NCBI GenBank assembly: GCA_001443005.1
Contig: LEKQ01000001.1
Location: forward strand, 594,542-658,541
Origin: a bacterium GBS-1
GTDB lineage: Bacteria; Synergistota; GBS-1
Direction: 5' to 3'
DNA length: 64,000 nucleotides
A program made the translations under genes and the position numbers. The notes under the pieces are model-generated. The model made no database searches and had not been told where the DNA came from. It saw nothing but the letters and a program-made list of their open reading frames with translations. Shown here one piece after another: positions 38,597 to 51,334 of the stretch; position 1 is the stretch's first letter, and each line of letters begins with the position of its first letter.

Positions 38597-39913
38597 TCAC
38601 GCCTCCAAACTCTCTTCCGCAATACCCAAGAGCTTGGCCACATCCTCATAGTTAGGACCGTAAATGCCTTCAAGTATATTCATAGAAGAGGCCATATAAT
38701 CTAATAGGTCCCTATCGCAGAGCTCCTTTAGCTTTAAATAAACTCTACCATCTAACTTCCCACCTTTTACATCCCTCTCTATTACGCTTAAAGCCTCTAG
38801 GGGGCTCATCTTCGGTCTATAGGGCCTTTCCTCAACTAAGGCGGAAAAAACATCACAAACCTGAAGGATTCTCTGCGATAAACTCAACCTATCACCGGTT
38901 AAGCCCAAGGGATAACCCGTTCCATCGAGCCTCTCGTGGTGAGCAGCGGAGATAATCCCTAGATGCTCTAGACCCGCCCTCTTAAGCATCTCATAGGTAT
39001 CCACCACATGCATACGCATTATTAGAGCTTCAGTATCATCAAGTGGACCCTTCTTATGCAACACCTCAAGAGGTGTTTTGATCTTCCCAACATCATGAAA
39101 CAAAGCAGATATATTTATAAGTTTAGCATCTTCCTCACTTAGTAGCTCCTGAGCTATAATCTCGGAAAACTTGAAAGTTAAAAAGGTATGATTCCTCGTA
39201 TAGGGGCTACGCAAATCGATAAGCGCTGCTATAACCTCAGCGAATCCCTCTATCTCATCCAGTGAAAGCGTTTTAGAGGAGGTAAAGCCCTCGTCATCAT
39301 CAAGAAGAGCATTTAAAACCCTGTAGTCCTTTAAGATATCCATGGTAACTCCATTAACTTCCTCCAATGTTCCGGCCTCATTATCCACAAAATGAAAAAT
39401 AGATTTAAACAAATCCGGCTTAAGCTCAGCGTCTTCAGACTTAATATGAGCTATAGAGATCATGTCGGCGATTCTAATGGAGTTTGCAAGTATCCTTATA
39501 AGATCGTCACTCTCATCTATCATCTGATAGGGTGTATGGTGATAGAGGATCGCCTTAGCACACCTCGGACAGAGAGGTTTGACGCGCATAGCGATTAGAT
39601 AGGACAGCATAGGATGGTCGTTAGATTTATCAAAAGTTAAAACTAACTTTTCCAGATCTGAAAAGTTTCTAAACATATCCTTAAAGAGTTCGTAATTCAT
39701 CAGCGAAGCTTTAACAGCAAGGCCGATATCGTGAAACAACCCCGCAAGATACGCGCAATCAAGATCAACGGATAAAGCTAACCTTTTTAAGATCTCTCTC
39801 GTTATCTTAGCCACCTGAAAGCCATGCCTGATGAAGTTCTTATACTCCAATACACCAAACTCGCGAAAGAGCCTCACCATGGACGCCAAAGGAAACTTAA
39901 GGACGAGCTCCAA
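38597..39913 (-). CDS. Tandem HD-domain protein with C-terminal HD-GYP (putative c-di-GMP phosphodiesterase)
   Basis: First HD (LFHDIGLAV, HHTPYQ), second HD-GYP (LFHDVGKIKTP, HHERLDGTGYPLGL). Confidence 0.75.
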   Translation of the reverse strand: MELVLKFPLASMVRLFREFGVLEYKNFIRHGFQVAKITREILKRLALSVDLDCAYLAGLFHDIGLAVKASLMNYELFKDMFRNFSDLEKLVLTFDKSNDHPMLSYLIAMRVKPLCPRCAKAILYHHTPYQMIDESDDLIRILANSIRIADMISIAHIKSEDAELKPDLFKSIFHFVDNEAGTLEEVNGVTMDILKDYRVLNALLDDDEGFTSSKTLSLDEIEGFAEVIAALIDLRSPYTRNHTFLTFKFSEIIAQELLSEEDAKLINISALFHDVGKIKTPLEVLHKKGPLDDTEALIMRMHVVDTYEMLKRAGLEHLGIISAAHHERLDGTGYPLGLTGDRLSLSQRILQVCDVFSALVEERPYRPKMSPLEALSVIERDVKGGKLDGRVYLKLKELCDRDLLDYMASSMNILEGIYGPNYEDVAKLLGIAEESLEA

Positions 39914-40060
39914 ACAAAATCACCTCCTCAACATCGTGATTATAGTATAACATAAGAGAAAGCCGTTTCAAATACGTTTAAAGATGTTAAGCATAAAGCT
40001 ATTAATACATTAAATAAATTAATACAAAATGCCACTTTTTATGTGTTTAATGACATAGTA

Positions 40061-40089
40061 TAGACACATCTTTAGGTCTATGATATAAT
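40061..40089 (+). promoter_or_regulatory. Candidate near-consensus promoter directly upstream of the histidine kinase gene
   Basis: -35 TAGACA (40061-40066), 17-bp spacer, extended -10 TGaTATAAT (40081-40089); predicted start site within a few nt of the GTG at 40098. Confidence 0.4.
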
Positions 40090-40097
40090 TTAAAACC

Positions 40098-41570
40098 GTG
40101 TGGATTAGGCTTAGAACTGGAATCAGAACAAGGATCATTCTCTTAACCCTCTTTATGGTTTGCGTTCTCCTTGTTTCGGGGTGGCTAAATGTGAAGCTAT
40201 TTAGCAGGGCAACGGAGACGATGATGTCCCTTTCCGAAGAGAGGAGTACACTAGACTACATTAGAACTCTAGAGGAAATTTTAGAAAGACTAAGGGTAGA
40301 TTTCGAGATATTAGCTTTAATTAGGGATGGTTGGCTACCCCCCACACTTAAAACGCTCCAGGAAGTCGAAGCTTATGTAAGAATTATCGAAGAGAAGGAA
40401 GCCATTGAAGAAAGCTTAAGGGAGGCTTTCCATGAGCTTAAAGGCCACATAACGGGTTTAACCCCTCCCTTTGATGATAAAAAGTTCAGGGAAGCTAACA
40501 AGCTACTAAAACAATTAAGAGAATCCGTAGAGGAATTATCACACAAAGTAGAAGCCAAGATTATAAAGATAGAAGCGAACTTTAGAACATTCCTTGAGAG
40601 CTCAAGAAGACTATCTTGGAACATTCTAATAGTAGCTATGATATTTACTACCATTTTAGCTTACCTTATAGTAAGGGAACATATGAAAACTAGCCTCGCT
40701 ATAGTTAACCATCTTAAGAACATAACCAGTCAGATAAAGAGTAACTCCTTCCCTGTGATTCCCCCTCCGTTGAAGGCAATGCTACCCGAAGGGGAAAAGA
40801 TAGCCGAATACATAAATGAGCTTGTTAACCAACACAATATAAGCCTTAAAAGGATTAGGGAACTAAGCGAAGCCAAAACCGCCTTCCTGGCGATAGCGTC
40901 TCACGAAACTAAAACACCCTTAACCTCGATAATCGGCTACTCGGAGATACTCCTAGAGGAAGATATCCCTCCTAAGCTTAAGGAGAAACTCACCATCATA
41001 AGATCTCAAGCTCAGACTCTACTTAAAACGATGGAAAGGATGCTATCCTATTCAAGGCTCGGCTCCGACATCAACCTATCTAAAGTAAATTTAAGGGAAC
41101 TCCTAGAAAAGGTTGGAATGGAATTTGTGGAAAAAGCGAGAGAAAAAGGAATAGATTTCAAGATTAATATACTAAGTAATAATACGACCATAGAAACTGA
41201 CCCCTATAGGCTCGAGATAGCCTTAAGGGAGATCTTAGATAATGCCTTTAAGTTTGCCCAAAATGGTTACATAGAATTAACGTTGAAAATTATCAAAGAT
41301 CGTGCTATCATAGCTGTAAAAGATAGCGGTCCCGGAATAGAAGAAGACAAAAAAGATATGATATTTGAACTCTTCTACCAAGGAGAGGGCTTCTTAACTA
41401 GAAAGCACAGCGGCTTAGGTTTGGGTTTACCCTTAGCTTTAAGAGCTATTAACGGTATAGGAAAGATCACCTTTAAAAGCCAAAAAGGGAAGGGTAATAC
41501 CTTCTATATAATCCTCTACGGAGGGGGGATCTTAAGTTGGTCAAGCTCACGAGAAAACTCGAAACCATAG
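40098..41570 (+). CDS. Sensor histidine kinase (two TM segments flanking an extracytoplasmic region; HisKA + HATPase_c)
   Basis: H-box ASHETKTPLTSIIGYSEIL; C-terminal G-box GLGLGLPLA; hydrophobic segments at aa about 10-30 and about 160-185. Confidence 0.8.
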   Translation: MWIRLRTGIRTRIILLTLFMVCVLLVSGWLNVKLFSRATETMMSLSEERSTLDYIRTLEEILERLRVDFEILALIRDGWLPPTLKTLQEVEAYVRIIEEKEAIEESLREAFHELKGHITGLTPPFDDKKFREANKLLKQLRESVEELSHKVEAKIIKIEANFRTFLESSRRLSWNILIVAMIFTTILAYLIVREHMKTSLAIVNHLKNITSQIKSNSFPVIPPPLKAMLPEGEKIAEYINELVNQHNISLKRIRELSEAKTAFLAIASHETKTPLTSIIGYSEILLEEDIPPKLKEKLTIIRSQAQTLLKTMERMLSYSRLGSDINLSKVNLRELLEKVGMEFVEKAREKGIDFKINILSNNTTIETDPYRLEIALREILDNAFKFAQNGYIELTLKIIKDRAIIAVKDSGPGIEEDKKDMIFELFYQGEGFLTRKHSGLGLGLPLALRAINGIGKITFKSQKGKGNTFYIILYGGGILSWSSSRENSKP

Positions 41571-42730
41571 AGCCTTCAGCAACCTTGGCAATCACAGCTT
41601 TAGCTATCAAGATGAAGAGGGAAGGAAAGGATGTTATAAGCTTGTCAGCAGGAGAGCCCGACTTTCCAACCCCAAGAAACATCAAGGATGAAGCAATTAA
41701 GGCTATAGAAAACGATTTCACTCACTATACCCCAGAATCTGGGATAACCGAACTAAAGGAAGCGATCGCGGAGAAGTTTGAAAAAGAGTGGGGAATAAAG
41801 TACAACGTTAATGAAGTGATCATCTCCAATGGAGCAAAGCATGTTATATTCAATGCCCTGTTTGCCCTATGCGATGAGGGAGACGAAGTTTTGGTTATAA
41901 CGCCGGCCTGGGTGAGCTACATAGAGCAGATAAAGCTCGCTGGAGGTAAACCGGTAATAGTCGAGACCAAGGAGGATAACGATTTTATCCCAGACCCAAA
42001 GGAAGTAGAGAGAAAAATATCGCCTAAAACGAAAGCCATAATTTTAAACAGCCCTCATAACCCAACAGGTGCAGTATACCCAAAGGATGTTCTTATAAAG
42101 ATAGCTGAAACAGCGACATCAAAGGGCGTCTTCATAATTAGCGATGAGATCTACGACAAGTTATCCTATGATGAGGAATGCGTTCCACTGGTCCATCTTA
42201 TCCCTGAGGCGAAAGAAAATATATTAATAGTGAACGGAGCCTCCAAAGCCTACGCTATGACTGGCTGGAGAATGGGATGGGGCTTAGGTCCAGCTAACCT
42301 AATCAAGGCCATGGGTATAATACAGGGGCATATGACATCGAACCCCTGCTCCATATCCCAGAAAGCAGCATTAGAGGCAGTGAGGGGTCCTCAAGACGAG
42401 GTAACGGAGATGGCAAGGGAGTTCAAAGAAAGAAGAGAGCTCATATGCTCGCTACTTGAGAAAGCCCCATATATGACCTTTAGGAAGCCGAAGGGAGCCT
42501 TTTATCTCTTTCCAAACATTACTAAAGCCTTGGGAAAGAGCTTTAAAGGAGAGGTAATAGAAGACGATATAACCTTAGCAAGAAAGTTACTCGAAGAAAA
42601 GCTCGTCGCTATAGTCCCAGGAAAGGCGTTCCTTGCTCCAGGATATATAAGGATATCTTATGCTGCTTCCAGAAAAGATATAGAGGAGGCTTCAAAAAGA
42701 ATAATAGAATTTTTAGAGGAATTAGTCTAA
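41537..42730 (+). CDS. Aspartate/aromatic aminotransferase (PLP-dependent, class I)
   Basis: [21 protein letters not shown] (PLP-lysine region); TTG start preceded by GGAGGGGGG. Confidence 0.85.
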   Translation: MVKLTRKLETIEPSATLAITALAIKMKREGKDVISLSAGEPDFPTPRNIKDEAIKAIENDFTHYTPESGITELKEAIAEKFEKEWGIKYNVNEVIISNGAKHVIFNALFALCDEGDEVLVITPAWVSYIEQIKLAGGKPVIVETKEDNDFIPDPKEVERKISPKTKAIILNSPHNPTGAVYPKDVLIKIAETATSKGVFIISDEIYDKLSYDEECVPLVHLIPEAKENILIVNGASKAYAMTGWRMGWGLGPANLIKAMGIIQGHMTSNPCSISQKAALEAVRGPQDEVTEMAREFKERRELICSLLEKAPYMTFRKPKGAFYLFPNITKALGKSFKGEVIEDDITLARKLLEEKLVAIVPGKAFLAPGYIRISYAASRKDIEEASKRIIEFLEELV

Positions 42731-43822
42731 GAAATCTTTAAGCTTTTTACTTCTTGTAGGATGTCTCAACTTACGCAGGGCTTTACTTTCAATCTGCCTT
42801 ATTCTTTCCCTTGTAACGCCGAAGCGCTTACCAACCTCCTCAAGGGTAGAAGGTCTTCCATCCTCAAGTCCAAAGCGAAGCTTTAATACCTCTCTCTCTC
42901 TCTTTGAAAGGGTGTTTAAGACCGCCTCAAGTTGCTCCTTAAGAAGCTGCTTTGCCGCAGCTTCAGAGGGAGAAGGGATAATTTTATCCTCGATGAAATC
43001 TCCAAGATGACTATCCTCCTCTTCCCCTATTGGCGTCTCGAGGGAAACCGGATCCTGAGCCACTTTCATTATCTCCTCAACCTTCTCAGGAGGCATCTCC
43101 ATAGCTTCGGCTATCTCCTCTATGGTTGGTTCCCTTCCAAGCTCCTGAACGAGCTGCCTTGAAACCCTCTGAAGCTTATTTATGGTCTCTACCATATGAA
43201 CTGGTATCCTTATGGTTCTCGCTTGATCGGCGATAGCTCTTGTTATGGCTTGCCTTATCCACCAAGTTGCATAGGTGCTGAACTTATAACCCTTCCTGTA
43301 GTCAAACTTCTCAACGGCTCTTATAAGCCCAAGATTACCTTCCTGAATAAGATCCAGGAAAAGCATCCCTCTACCTATATACTTCTTAGCTATACTGACA
43401 ACGAGCCTGAGGTTAGACTCTATGAGCTTCCTCTTCGCCTCCATATCGCCTTGTTCCATCCTCTTAGCAAGCTCTACCTCTTCCTCCGCGCTTAAAAGAG
43501 GGATCTTACCTATCTCCTTAAGATACATCCTAACAGGATCATCAATCGCTATCTCATCCCCCAGCTCCAAATCCAGATCCTCAAGCTCTAACTCTTCCTC
43601 CTTCTCCCTACTAACGACCCTATCATAAGTCTCTGGAGAGTCTACCACATCTACGCCCATTTCCATAAGGTTAATATAAAGCTCGTCCAATTCATTAGGA
43701 GATATGACATCCTTCCCCAAAACCTCCTCTATCTCATCATAGGTTACATAACCTTTGCCCTTCCCCTCCTCTAAAAGGGTTTTAATCATCTCAACCTTCT
43801 TATTTGTTGCCTCCGTCATCAA
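42722..43822 (-). CDS. rpoD: RNA polymerase primary sigma factor (sigma-70 family, short form)
   Basis: Region 2 [37 protein letters not shown] and region 4 ending; lies downstream of dnaG. Confidence 0.9.
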   Translation of the reverse strand: MMTEATNKKVEMIKTLLEEGKGKGYVTYDEIEEVLGKDVISPNELDELYINLMEMGVDVVDSPETYDRVVSREKEEELELEDLDLELGDEIAIDDPVRMYLKEIGKIPLLSAEEEVELAKRMEQGDMEAKRKLIESNLRLVVSIAKKYIGRGMLFLDLIQEGNLGLIRAVEKFDYRKGYKFSTYATWWIRQAITRAIADQARTIRIPVHMVETINKLQRVSRQLVQELGREPTIEEIAEAMEMPPEKVEEIMKVAQDPVSLETPIGEEEDSHLGDFIEDKIIPSPSEAAAKQLLKEQLEAVLNTLSKREREVLKLRFGLEDGRPSTLEEVGKRFGVTRERIRQIESKALRKLRHPTRSKKLKDFLD

Positions 43823-45560
43823 TCAAACACCCCCTCTTGTGAAACTTCTTCAAAAGCTCCAAATATTCCCGATATTGAGATGGGGAAAGCGACCCCTCTC
43901 TCCTTAAAGTCCCTTCAAGCTCGTCGAGCCTTTTCTTAAGCTTCCTTAAAAGCAAAGATTCCAACAAACCATCGAAATAAACCTCTATTCTCTCCTCCTC
44001 ACAGGGAAGTTCTCTTAAGAGAAGAGAGGAAAGCAAACCAACAATCTTCTCCTCTCCTTGAGCTTCCTCCATTATTTTATATTCGCTAAAACCCCTTAAA
44101 ATCCTCTCTAAAATCCACCTTAATTTTTCATCCTCAAAGAGATCCAAACCACCAAACTTAATTAGCTTCTCCAGAAAAGCGGGTCTTTTAAGAACAAGCA
44201 AAAGGACCTCCTCCTCAGCCCTTTGAAAACCGTTCTTCTTAGATATAGGTGGAAGCGAAACCCTTACCTTTTCGCCCCTCCCTCGAGAGCTAAGAACCCT
44301 CCGAAGCGTCCTCTCTGAGAGTCCTAACCTTTCAGAAAGCTTCTGGAGAATGATATCCCTATCAACTTCAGAAAGCTCCAACAGGAAGTCTATCCCTTTC
44401 TTTAACGCTTCCCTCTTGCTCTCGATGCTCGCAGGATTGAAATCTTTAAATATCAGATCAAGCCTAAAGTCCCAAAAGCTGCGAGAACTCCTAAGAAGGA
44501 GCTTGAAAGCTTCACCACCATTCTCCGAAACGAAGTCGTCGGGATCCATCCCCACAGGCAGATCAACGACACTAACCTTTAACCCCCTGTTGACGAGAAT
44601 TGATATCCCCCTTAATGTAGCAGACTCCCCCGCAGCATCAGCATCGTAGGCTATGAAAACCTTGGATGCATAACGCGCTATCAAGTTCGCTTGCGCCTCG
44701 GTTAAAGAGGTCCCTAAGGAAGCAACGACAAATCGCACCCCCGCCTGGAATAGCTTTATCATATCCATATACCCTTCGACTAGAACGATACTATCCTCGG
44801 CCTTTATATAGTTTAATGACTTATCTATCCCAAATAGGACCTTTCTTTTGCTGAAAACGGCTGTCTCTGGAGAGTTTAGATACTTGGGCTCTTCTCCTTC
44901 AAGGCTTCTCCCACCAAAGCCAAGGATTCTTCCCCTCTCATCAGCTATGGGGAAGATAATTCTACCCCTGAACTTATCATAATAGCGGCCATCTAAGGAA
45001 AGGGAAGCAAGCCCAGCCCTTAAGAGGTCCTCAGGGTAGAAACCTTTATTAAACATAAAGTTCATCAACGCATCCTTAGAGGATGGAGCATATCCTATCC
45101 TGAAGAGCCTTACTGTAGAAAGATCCAAACCCCTCCTCTTCAAGTAGGATAGCGCTTCACTCCCTTCCTCATCCCAAAGCTTCGTCTCAAAGAAAGCCAA
45201 AGCGAGTTCATTAAGCTTATAAATTTTCTCCCTCTCACGAGCCTCCCTCGTTAAGCTCGTGGGGTCAAGCTCACTTAAGGATATACCAGCCCTTTCAGCG
45301 AGCTTCAAAACCGCATCATGAAAAGAGATCTTCTCCATCCTCATCACAAAACCGACGACATCCCCTCCTGCACCGCAGCCGAAGCAGTGGAATATCTGCT
45401 TCTCCGGACTAACGATGAAAGATGGTGTCTTCTCGCTATGGAAGGGGCAGAGGGCCTTATAGTTCTTACCAGCTCGCTTAAGGGTCACATACTCCGAGAT
45501 GACATCCACTATATCGTTTCTCCTTCTAACTTCCTCAATGAAATCAGGCGTAAGTCGCAA
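43800..45560 (-). CDS. dnaG: DNA primase
   Basis: CHC2 zinc finger ([20 protein letters not shown]) and TOPRIM region; start placed at the TTG giving [10 protein letters not shown] (track start 45599). Confidence 0.9.
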   Translation of the reverse strand: MRLTPDFIEEVRRRNDIVDVISEYVTLKRAGKNYKALCPFHSEKTPSFIVSPEKQIFHCFGCGAGGDVVGFVMRMEKISFHDAVLKLAERAGISLSELDPTSLTREAREREKIYKLNELALAFFETKLWDEEGSEALSYLKRRGLDLSTVRLFRIGYAPSSKDALMNFMFNKGFYPEDLLRAGLASLSLDGRYYDKFRGRIIFPIADERGRILGFGGRSLEGEEPKYLNSPETAVFSKRKVLFGIDKSLNYIKAEDSIVLVEGYMDMIKLFQAGVRFVVASLGTSLTEAQANLIARYASKVFIAYDADAAGESATLRGISILVNRGLKVSVVDLPVGMDPDDFVSENGGEAFKLLLRSSRSFWDFRLDLIFKDFNPASIESKREALKKGIDFLLELSEVDRDIILQKLSERLGLSERTLRRVLSSRGRGEKVRVSLPPISKKNGFQRAEEEVLLLVLKRPAFLEKLIKFGGLDLFEDEKLRWILERILRGFSEYKIMEEAQGEEKIVGLLSSLLLRELPCEEERIEVYFDGLLESLLLRKLKKRLDELEGTLRREGSLSPSQYREYLELLKKFHKRGCLIDDGGNK

Positions 45561-45587
45561 GCTCCTTAAACCTCCCAAGACAATTAT

Positions 45588-45618
45588 AGGGGACTTCAAC
45601 CCGGGGTTGAAGTCCCCT
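45588..45618 (-). terminator. 31-bp near-perfect palindrome / hairpin downstream of hppA and upstream of dnaG
   Basis: AGGGGACTTCAACC-cgg-GGTTGAAGTCCCCT, 14-bp stem; no clear U-tract, so terminator function is uncertain. Confidence 0.4.
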
Positions 45619-45652
45619 ATGGGTTTAAGCTAAAGTTAGATGATCTTCAAAA

Positions 45653-47605
45653 TTAAAAGAGAGAAGCGAAAACCAAAGCTATTATAGACATAAGCTTGAT
45701 TAGAATGTTAAGGGAAGGTCCAGCCGTATCCTTAAAAGGATCACCCACGGTATCTCCAACAACTGCAGCAGCATGGGTAGGAGTCCCCTTGCCACCAAAG
45801 TGTCCCTCTTCTATGTATTTCTTAGCGTTATCCCAAGCGCCACCAGCGTTGGCCATGAAAACGGCAAGAAGAACTCCCGTTATTATGGAACCAGCCAAAA
45901 GCCCTCCTAACGCTTCCTTGCCCAGAATGAAACCAACGAGGAGCGGAGAGACTATAGCCAACATTCCAGGAAGCACCATCTGCTTTAAAGCTCCAGCCGT
46001 GCTTATATCTATACATCTATTATAGTCAGGTTTTGCCTTACCCTCAAGTAAACCTGGTATCTCCCTAAACTGACGACGAACCTCCTCAACCATAAAGTAA
46101 GCAGCTCTACCAACAGCCTCTAAAGCGAAGGAGCAAAAGAGGAATGGAAGCATACCACCTATGAAAGCACCTGCTATAACCTTAGGAGATATCAAGGATA
46201 TGACCTTAAGGTCAACGGCAGTACTATAAGCTGAGAACAGAGCTAGAGCTGTAAGGGCAGCAGAACCTATCGCAAGCCCCTTACCTATAGCAGCTGTCGT
46301 ATTTCCAACAGCATCTAACCTATCGGTTATCTTCCTAACCTCCGGTGGAAGCCCAGCCATCTCAGCTATACCCCCAGCGTTATCAGCTATAGGCCCATAG
46401 GCATCGATGGAAAGATTCATACCCGTTAAAGCGAGCATCCCAACCGCTGCCACGGCTATCCCATAAAGACCACCAAAGTGATAAGAAACGAGTACGGAAC
46501 CTACGAGAACCAAAACGGGTAAGGCGGTACTTTTCATACCTACGGCTATGCCCATAAGTATATCGGTAGCCGCTCCCGTCTGAGCGGACTCAGCTATTCT
46601 CTTAACCGGGTTATACAGAGAAGAGGTATAATATTCCGTTAAAAGCCCTATGGCGATTCCAGCGATATCTCCTGCAACCACAGCCCAGAATAGATTCAAA
46701 CTATCAAATAGAAATCTCGTTATAAAGAAGCTAGAAACTATTATGAGGATCCCTGTTATATAAGTTCCCCTTCTTAAGGCAAGCTGAGGATCTTCATCCT
46801 TTCTGATACGTACGAAATAGGTCCCTACTATGGCAGAAAGGATACCCATGCTTGAGAGGATAAGGGGATAAGCCACACCCTTAACCCCGTAAACGACAGC
46901 CCCGATGATCATAGCAGCTATTATAGAGTTCACGTAGGACTCGAAGAGATCAGCGCCCATACCGGCTATATCCCCAACGTTATCTCCCACGTTATCGGCT
47001 ATAACTGCAGGGTTCCTTGGGTCATCCTCAGGAATACCAGCTTCTACCTTTCCTACAAGATCCGCTCCAACGTCAGCAGCTTTAGTGTAAATTCCACCAC
47101 CAACACGAGCAAACAAAGCTATAGAGCTTGCCCCAAAACCAAAACCATTTATTATATTGGGATCACCAAAAATAGAGTAAAGAACCGCAACCCCCAATAT
47201 CCCGAGACCCACAACCGACATACCCATAACCGTCCCGCCCATGAAAGCGATTCTCAGAGCAGGAGCAACGCCTTGCGTAGCCGCATAAGCAGTTTTACCG
47301 TTGGTCTTCGTAGCTATGTTCATGCCCACATATCCCGCAAGAGCTGAGCAGAAAGCCCCTGACACGAAAGCGATAGCCGTGGAGAGGCTCACCTTCCAGA
47401 CCAATACCAGAGCAACTATTATTACAAAGGGAACAAGAACCTTGTACTCCCTGAAGAGGAAGGTCATAGCGCCACCGTGAATTATGTTCGATAGCTCCCT
47501 AATCCTCTCGGGACCAGGATCAGCCTTCCCCACCCTATTAGCGGCGTAAGCCGCAAAAATAAGCGCCAGTATCCCAACCATAATTGAGAACATTATAACA
47601 CCCAT
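45653..47605 (-). CDS. hppA: Membrane-bound ion-translocating pyrophosphatase (H+/Na+-PPase)
   Basis: 650 aa polytopic protein with [14 protein letters not shown] and DNAGGIAEM motifs. Confidence 0.9.
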   Translation of the reverse strand: MGVIMFSIMVGILALIFAAYAANRVGKADPGPERIRELSNIIHGGAMTFLFREYKVLVPFVIIVALVLVWKVSLSTAIAFVSGAFCSALAGYVGMNIATKTNGKTAYAATQGVAPALRIAFMGGTVMGMSVVGLGILGVAVLYSIFGDPNIINGFGFGASSIALFARVGGGIYTKAADVGADLVGKVEAGIPEDDPRNPAVIADNVGDNVGDIAGMGADLFESYVNSIIAAMIIGAVVYGVKGVAYPLILSSMGILSAIVGTYFVRIRKDEDPQLALRRGTYITGILIIVSSFFITRFLFDSLNLFWAVVAGDIAGIAIGLLTEYYTSSLYNPVKRIAESAQTGAATDILMGIAVGMKSTALPVLVLVGSVLVSYHFGGLYGIAVAAVGMLALTGMNLSIDAYGPIADNAGGIAEMAGLPPEVRKITDRLDAVGNTTAAIGKGLAIGSAALTALALFSAYSTAVDLKVISLISPKVIAGAFIGGMLPFLFCSFALEAVGRAAYFMVEEVRRQFREIPGLLEGKAKPDYNRCIDISTAGALKQMVLPGMLAIVSPLLVGFILGKEALGGLLAGSIITGVLLAVFMANAGGAWDNAKKYIEEGHFGGKGTPTHAAAVVGDTVGDPFKDTAGPSLNILIKLMSIIALVFASLF

Positions 47606-47621
47606 TTAAAGCACCTCCCCT

Positions 47622-48683
47622 TTAGATGTTATACCAGGCTTCGCTCCTCCAAGGATGGGGGAGAAGAAGCTCATCGAATACCTGTAAAGCATATCTATCG
47701 GTCATACCAGCTATGTAATCGATTATCACCCTCTCACGCCCGTCAGAGAGGCTCCTCTCCCTAAAGCCATAAGGCAAGTGCTCCGGATGCTCCATAAAGA
47801 ACTCGAAGAGCTTCTTAAGCATGAAACGAACGCGCGGTTTCTCCCGCTGAGCGATATCACCCATATAAACTCTATCGTAAAGAAACTTCCTGAGTTCTTC
47901 CATCGCATCAAGAAGCTCTTGGCTCAAAACTATCTCACCTTTATTCATACTCATCCTAACGCAGTCCTTAACCATCTTGTCTATTCTCTCACCATGAGTC
48001 TTACCCAGGAAAGCTACAGCCTCCCTTGGAAGATCCTCGACGGAAACAAGATTGGCCCTTAAAGCATCATCCAAATCATGATTCAAATAAGCTATACAGT
48101 CTGAAATTCTAACTACCATTCCCTCAAGAGTCAAGGGGGGATCCGATGAAAACCCAAGGCTAAAATCCACTTGCCCCTTGGAGTGCTTCAATATACCATC
48201 TCTAACCTCCAAAGTAAGATTGAGCCCCTTTCCGTCTCGTTCAAGCCTATCCACGATCCTCAGGCTCTGCTCAGCGTGCTTGAAGCCACCCAAGCCTATC
48301 TCCCTCGATATCTCATCCAGAACCTCCTCCCCCATATGCCCAAACGGAGTGTGTCCAAGATCATGGCCTAAAGCTATGGCTTCAGTTAGATCCTCATTAA
48401 GACGCAAGGCCCTCGCTATCGTCCTCGCTATCTGAGCGACCTCAAGAGTATGAGTCAACCTCGTCCTATAGTGGTCTCCCTGAGGAGATAGAAGGACCTG
48501 CGTCTTATATTTCAGACGCCTAAAGGACTTAGAATGAATTATTCTATCCCTATCCCTCTGATAGCAGGTCCTTAAATCGCACTCCTTCTCAGGCTTTAAT
48601 CTTCCTCTGCTACGCTTCGCCAAAGATGCGTAGGGGGATAGAGTACTCTCCTCTATGCTTTCAGTTATTTCTCTGATGACCAT
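47622..48683 (-). CDS. dgt: dGTP triphosphohydrolase-like HD-domain protein
   Basis: [29 protein letters not shown] motif. Confidence 0.8.
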   Translation of the reverse strand: MVIREITESIEESTLSPYASLAKRSRGRLKPEKECDLRTCYQRDRDRIIHSKSFRRLKYKTQVLLSPQGDHYRTRLTHTLEVAQIARTIARALRLNEDLTEAIALGHDLGHTPFGHMGEEVLDEISREIGLGGFKHAEQSLRIVDRLERDGKGLNLTLEVRDGILKHSKGQVDFSLGFSSDPPLTLEGMVVRISDCIAYLNHDLDDALRANLVSVEDLPREAVAFLGKTHGERIDKMVKDCVRMSMNKGEIVLSQELLDAMEELRKFLYDRVYMGDIAQREKPRVRFMLKKLFEFFMEHPEHLPYGFRERSLSDGRERVIIDYIAGMTDRYALQVFDELLLPHPWRSEAWYNI

Positions 48684-51334
48684 CCCTTCCCATCTTCGCT
48701 CAGCTTAGCGTGAGCAGCAGCAAGGCGTGCAACAGGAACTCTAAAGGGAGAACAGCTCACGTAGTTTAAGCCTATCTGATGGCAGAACTCTATAGAAGAT
48801 GGCTCTCCACCATGCTCTCCACATATTCCTATCTTAAGGTTAGGTCTGGTCTTCCTACCCTTTTCAACAGCTATTTTCATCAAAGCGCCAACACCATCTC
48901 TATCAAGCACCTCAAATGGGTTATGCTTAAGGATACCCTTCTCTATATACTGTGGCAAGAACTTACCCTCTACATCATCTCTCGAGAAACCAAAAACAGT
49001 CTGAGTCAGGTCGTTCGTACCAAAGGAGAAGAACTCAGCATACTTAGCTATCTCATCGGCGGTTAGAGCTGCTCTGGGTAACTCAATCATAGTTCCGACA
49101 TGGTACTCAACCCTGACGCCCGCTTTGCTCATCTCCTCTTCAGCAACCCTAACCACCATCTCCCTTAAAATCTCCATCTCCTTCCAATGCCCAACTATAG
49201 GAAGCATCACATCTGGAAGCGCCTTACAACCCTCCTTAACAAGCCTAGTAGCCGCCCTAAATATCGCCCTAACCTGCATCTCGTATATCTCCGGGTAGAC
49301 TATACCAAGGCGACAACCTCTAAAGCCAAGCATGGGGTTAGCCTCCTGAAGAGCCCTAACCTTCTTTAAAAGTTCCCTCTTTTCCTCAATAAGCAAAGCG
49401 TTCTTCTCAGGCTCCTTCTCGAGCTCCATGAGCTCCTCAAGTATCTCCCTCTCCTTGGGCAGGAATTCATGAAGAGGCGGATCAAGAAGCCTTATGGTCA
49501 CAGGATAACCTTCCATAGCCTTGAGTATCTCGTAGAAATCTCCTTCTTGCATAGGCAAAATCTCATCCAAAGCGCTTTCCCTTTCCTCCCTCGTCATAGC
49601 CATTATCATTCTCTTAACTGCGGGAAGCCTATCCTCAGCCATAAACATATGCTCAGTACGACAGAGACCTATACCCTTAGCTCCAAACTCCCTTGCCCTC
49701 CTCGCATCTTCAGGCGTATCAGCGTTAGCCCAAACCTGAAGGCGCGCGATCTCGTCAGCCCAAGAAAGAAGCTCCCTAAACTCGGGGCTCATCGATGGCT
49801 CAACCATTGGGACCTCTCCAAGTATAACTATCCCCCTGCTCCCATCTATGGTTATTACGTCCCCCTTCTTAACCACTACATTCCCTACAGTGAAAACCTC
49901 CTTCTCAAGGTCTATGCTTATAGCCTCACATCCAACAACACAAGGCTTACCCATACCTCTTGCCACAACCGCAGCGTGACTCGTCATGCCACCCCTACTA
50001 GTCAATATCCCTTGTGCCGCATAAAGACCATGAATATCATCGGGAGTCGTCTCAGGTCTGACCAAGATCACCTTCTCACCCCTGCTTCCTAACTCGCTAG
50101 CCTCATCGGCAGTGAAAACCACCTTACCACAGGCAGCACCAGGTGAAGCCGGAAGCCCCTTGGCCAAAACATCATATTTGGCGCTCGGGTCTACCTGCCT
50201 ATGAAGGAGGGTCTCAACCTGCTTCGGCGAAACCATCCTTACAGCCGTAGCCTTATCTATTATCCCCTCTTTAACCATATCCACAGCGATCTTCACCGCT
50301 GCCTGAGCGGTTCTCTTTCCAGACCTCGTCTGAAGAAGATAAAGCTTCCCCTTTTCAACGGTGAACTCTATATCCTGAACGTCCTTGTAATACCTCTCAA
50401 GCTGATCGCAAACCCTCTTTAACTCCTCATAAATCTCAGGCAAAGCCTCGGCCATCTTCTCTATAGGAAGGGGCGTCCTTATACCTGCAACCACATCTTC
50501 ACCTTGGGCATTAAGCAAAAACTCACCATATATCTTCTTCTCGCCGGTCGATGGATTTCTAGTAAATGCCACACCTGTTCCAGAGTCATTGCCCCTGTTA
50601 CCGAAAACCATGGTCTGTACGTTAACCGCGGTTCCCATCTCTTCCGATATACCATGTATCTTTCTATAAACCTTAGCTCTCTCGTTGTTCCACGATTCAA
50701 AAACGGCAGCTATAGCCATAAAAAGCTGCTCCCAGACATCCTGTGGAAACTCTTTGCCGGTCTTCTTCTTGACCAACTCCTTATAATCCTCGATGACCTT
50801 CTTCCAAGTTACAGCATCTACCTCAGTATCATACTTAACACCCTTCTCCCTCTTCCATTTCTCTATAATATGCTCGAACTCCTCGTGAGGAATTCCCATA
50901 ACGACGTTCCCAAACATCTGTATGAACCTACGGTAGCTATCATAAGCGAACCTTTCATCACCCGTTTGAGCTATAAGCCCCTTAACCGTCTCATCGTTGA
51001 GACCAAGGTTAAGAATGGTATCCATCATCCCAGGCATCGATACAGGAGCACCAGACCTAACGGAAACCAAAAGAGGATTATTCACATCACCAAACCTTTT
51101 ACCAGTCTTCTCCTCAAGGATCTCCATTTTCTTCCTGACCTCAGGTTCTATCTCTTTTAGAACCTCTTTGCCAAGCTTCAAGTACTTTCTACAAACCTCG
51201 GTTGTAATGGTAAAACCGGGAGGAACAGGTAAGCCAGCTTTTGTCATCTCCGCAAGCCCAGCACCCTTTCCACCAAGCAGAGCCCTTAAACTCTCACTCC
51301 CCTCCTCAAACAGATATATCAGCTTTTCTGCCAT
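48665..51334 (-). CDS. ppdK: Pyruvate, phosphate dikinase
   Basis: N-terminus [12 protein letters not shown], phosphohistidine region [20 protein letters not shown]-terminal PEP-utilising domain; track start at 51373 trimmed. Confidence 0.9.
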   Translation of the reverse strand: MAEKLIYLFEEGSESLRALLGGKGAGLAEMTKAGLPVPPGFTITTEVCRKYLKLGKEVLKEIEPEVRKKMEILEEKTGKRFGDVNNPLLVSVRSGAPVSMPGMMDTILNLGLNDETVKGLIAQTGDERFAYDSYRRFIQMFGNVVMGIPHEEFEHIIEKWKREKGVKYDTEVDAVTWKKVIEDYKELVKKKTGKEFPQDVWEQLFMAIAAVFESWNNERAKVYRKIHGISEEMGTAVNVQTMVFGNRGNDSGTGVAFTRNPSTGEKKIYGEFLLNAQGEDVVAGIRTPLPIEKMAEALPEIYEELKRVCDQLERYYKDVQDIEFTVEKGKLYLLQTRSGKRTAQAAVKIAVDMVKEGIIDKATAVRMVSPKQVETLLHRQVDPSAKYDVLAKGLPASPGAACGKVVFTADEASELGSRGEKVILVRPETTPDDIHGLYAAQGILTSRGGMTSHAAVVARGMGKPCVVGCEAISIDLEKEVFTVGNVVVKKGDVITIDGSRGIVILGEVPMVEPSMSPEFRELLSWADEIARLQVWANADTPEDARRAREFGAKGIGLCRTEHMFMAEDRLPAVKRMIMAMTREERESALDEILPMQEGDFYEILKAMEGYPVTIRLLDPPLHEFLPKEREILEELMELEKEPEKNALLIEEKRELLKKVRALQEANPMLGFRGCRLGIVYPEIYEMQVRAIFRAATRLVKEGCKALPDVMLPIVGHWKEMEILREMVVRVAEEEMSKAGVRVEYHVGTMIELPRAALTADEIAKYAEFFSFGTNDLTQTVFGFSRDDVEGKFLPQYIEKGILKHNPFEVLDRDGVGALMKIAVEKGRKTRPNLKIGICGEHGGEPSSIEFCHQIGLNYVSCSPFRVPVARLAAAHAKLSEDGKGWSSEK

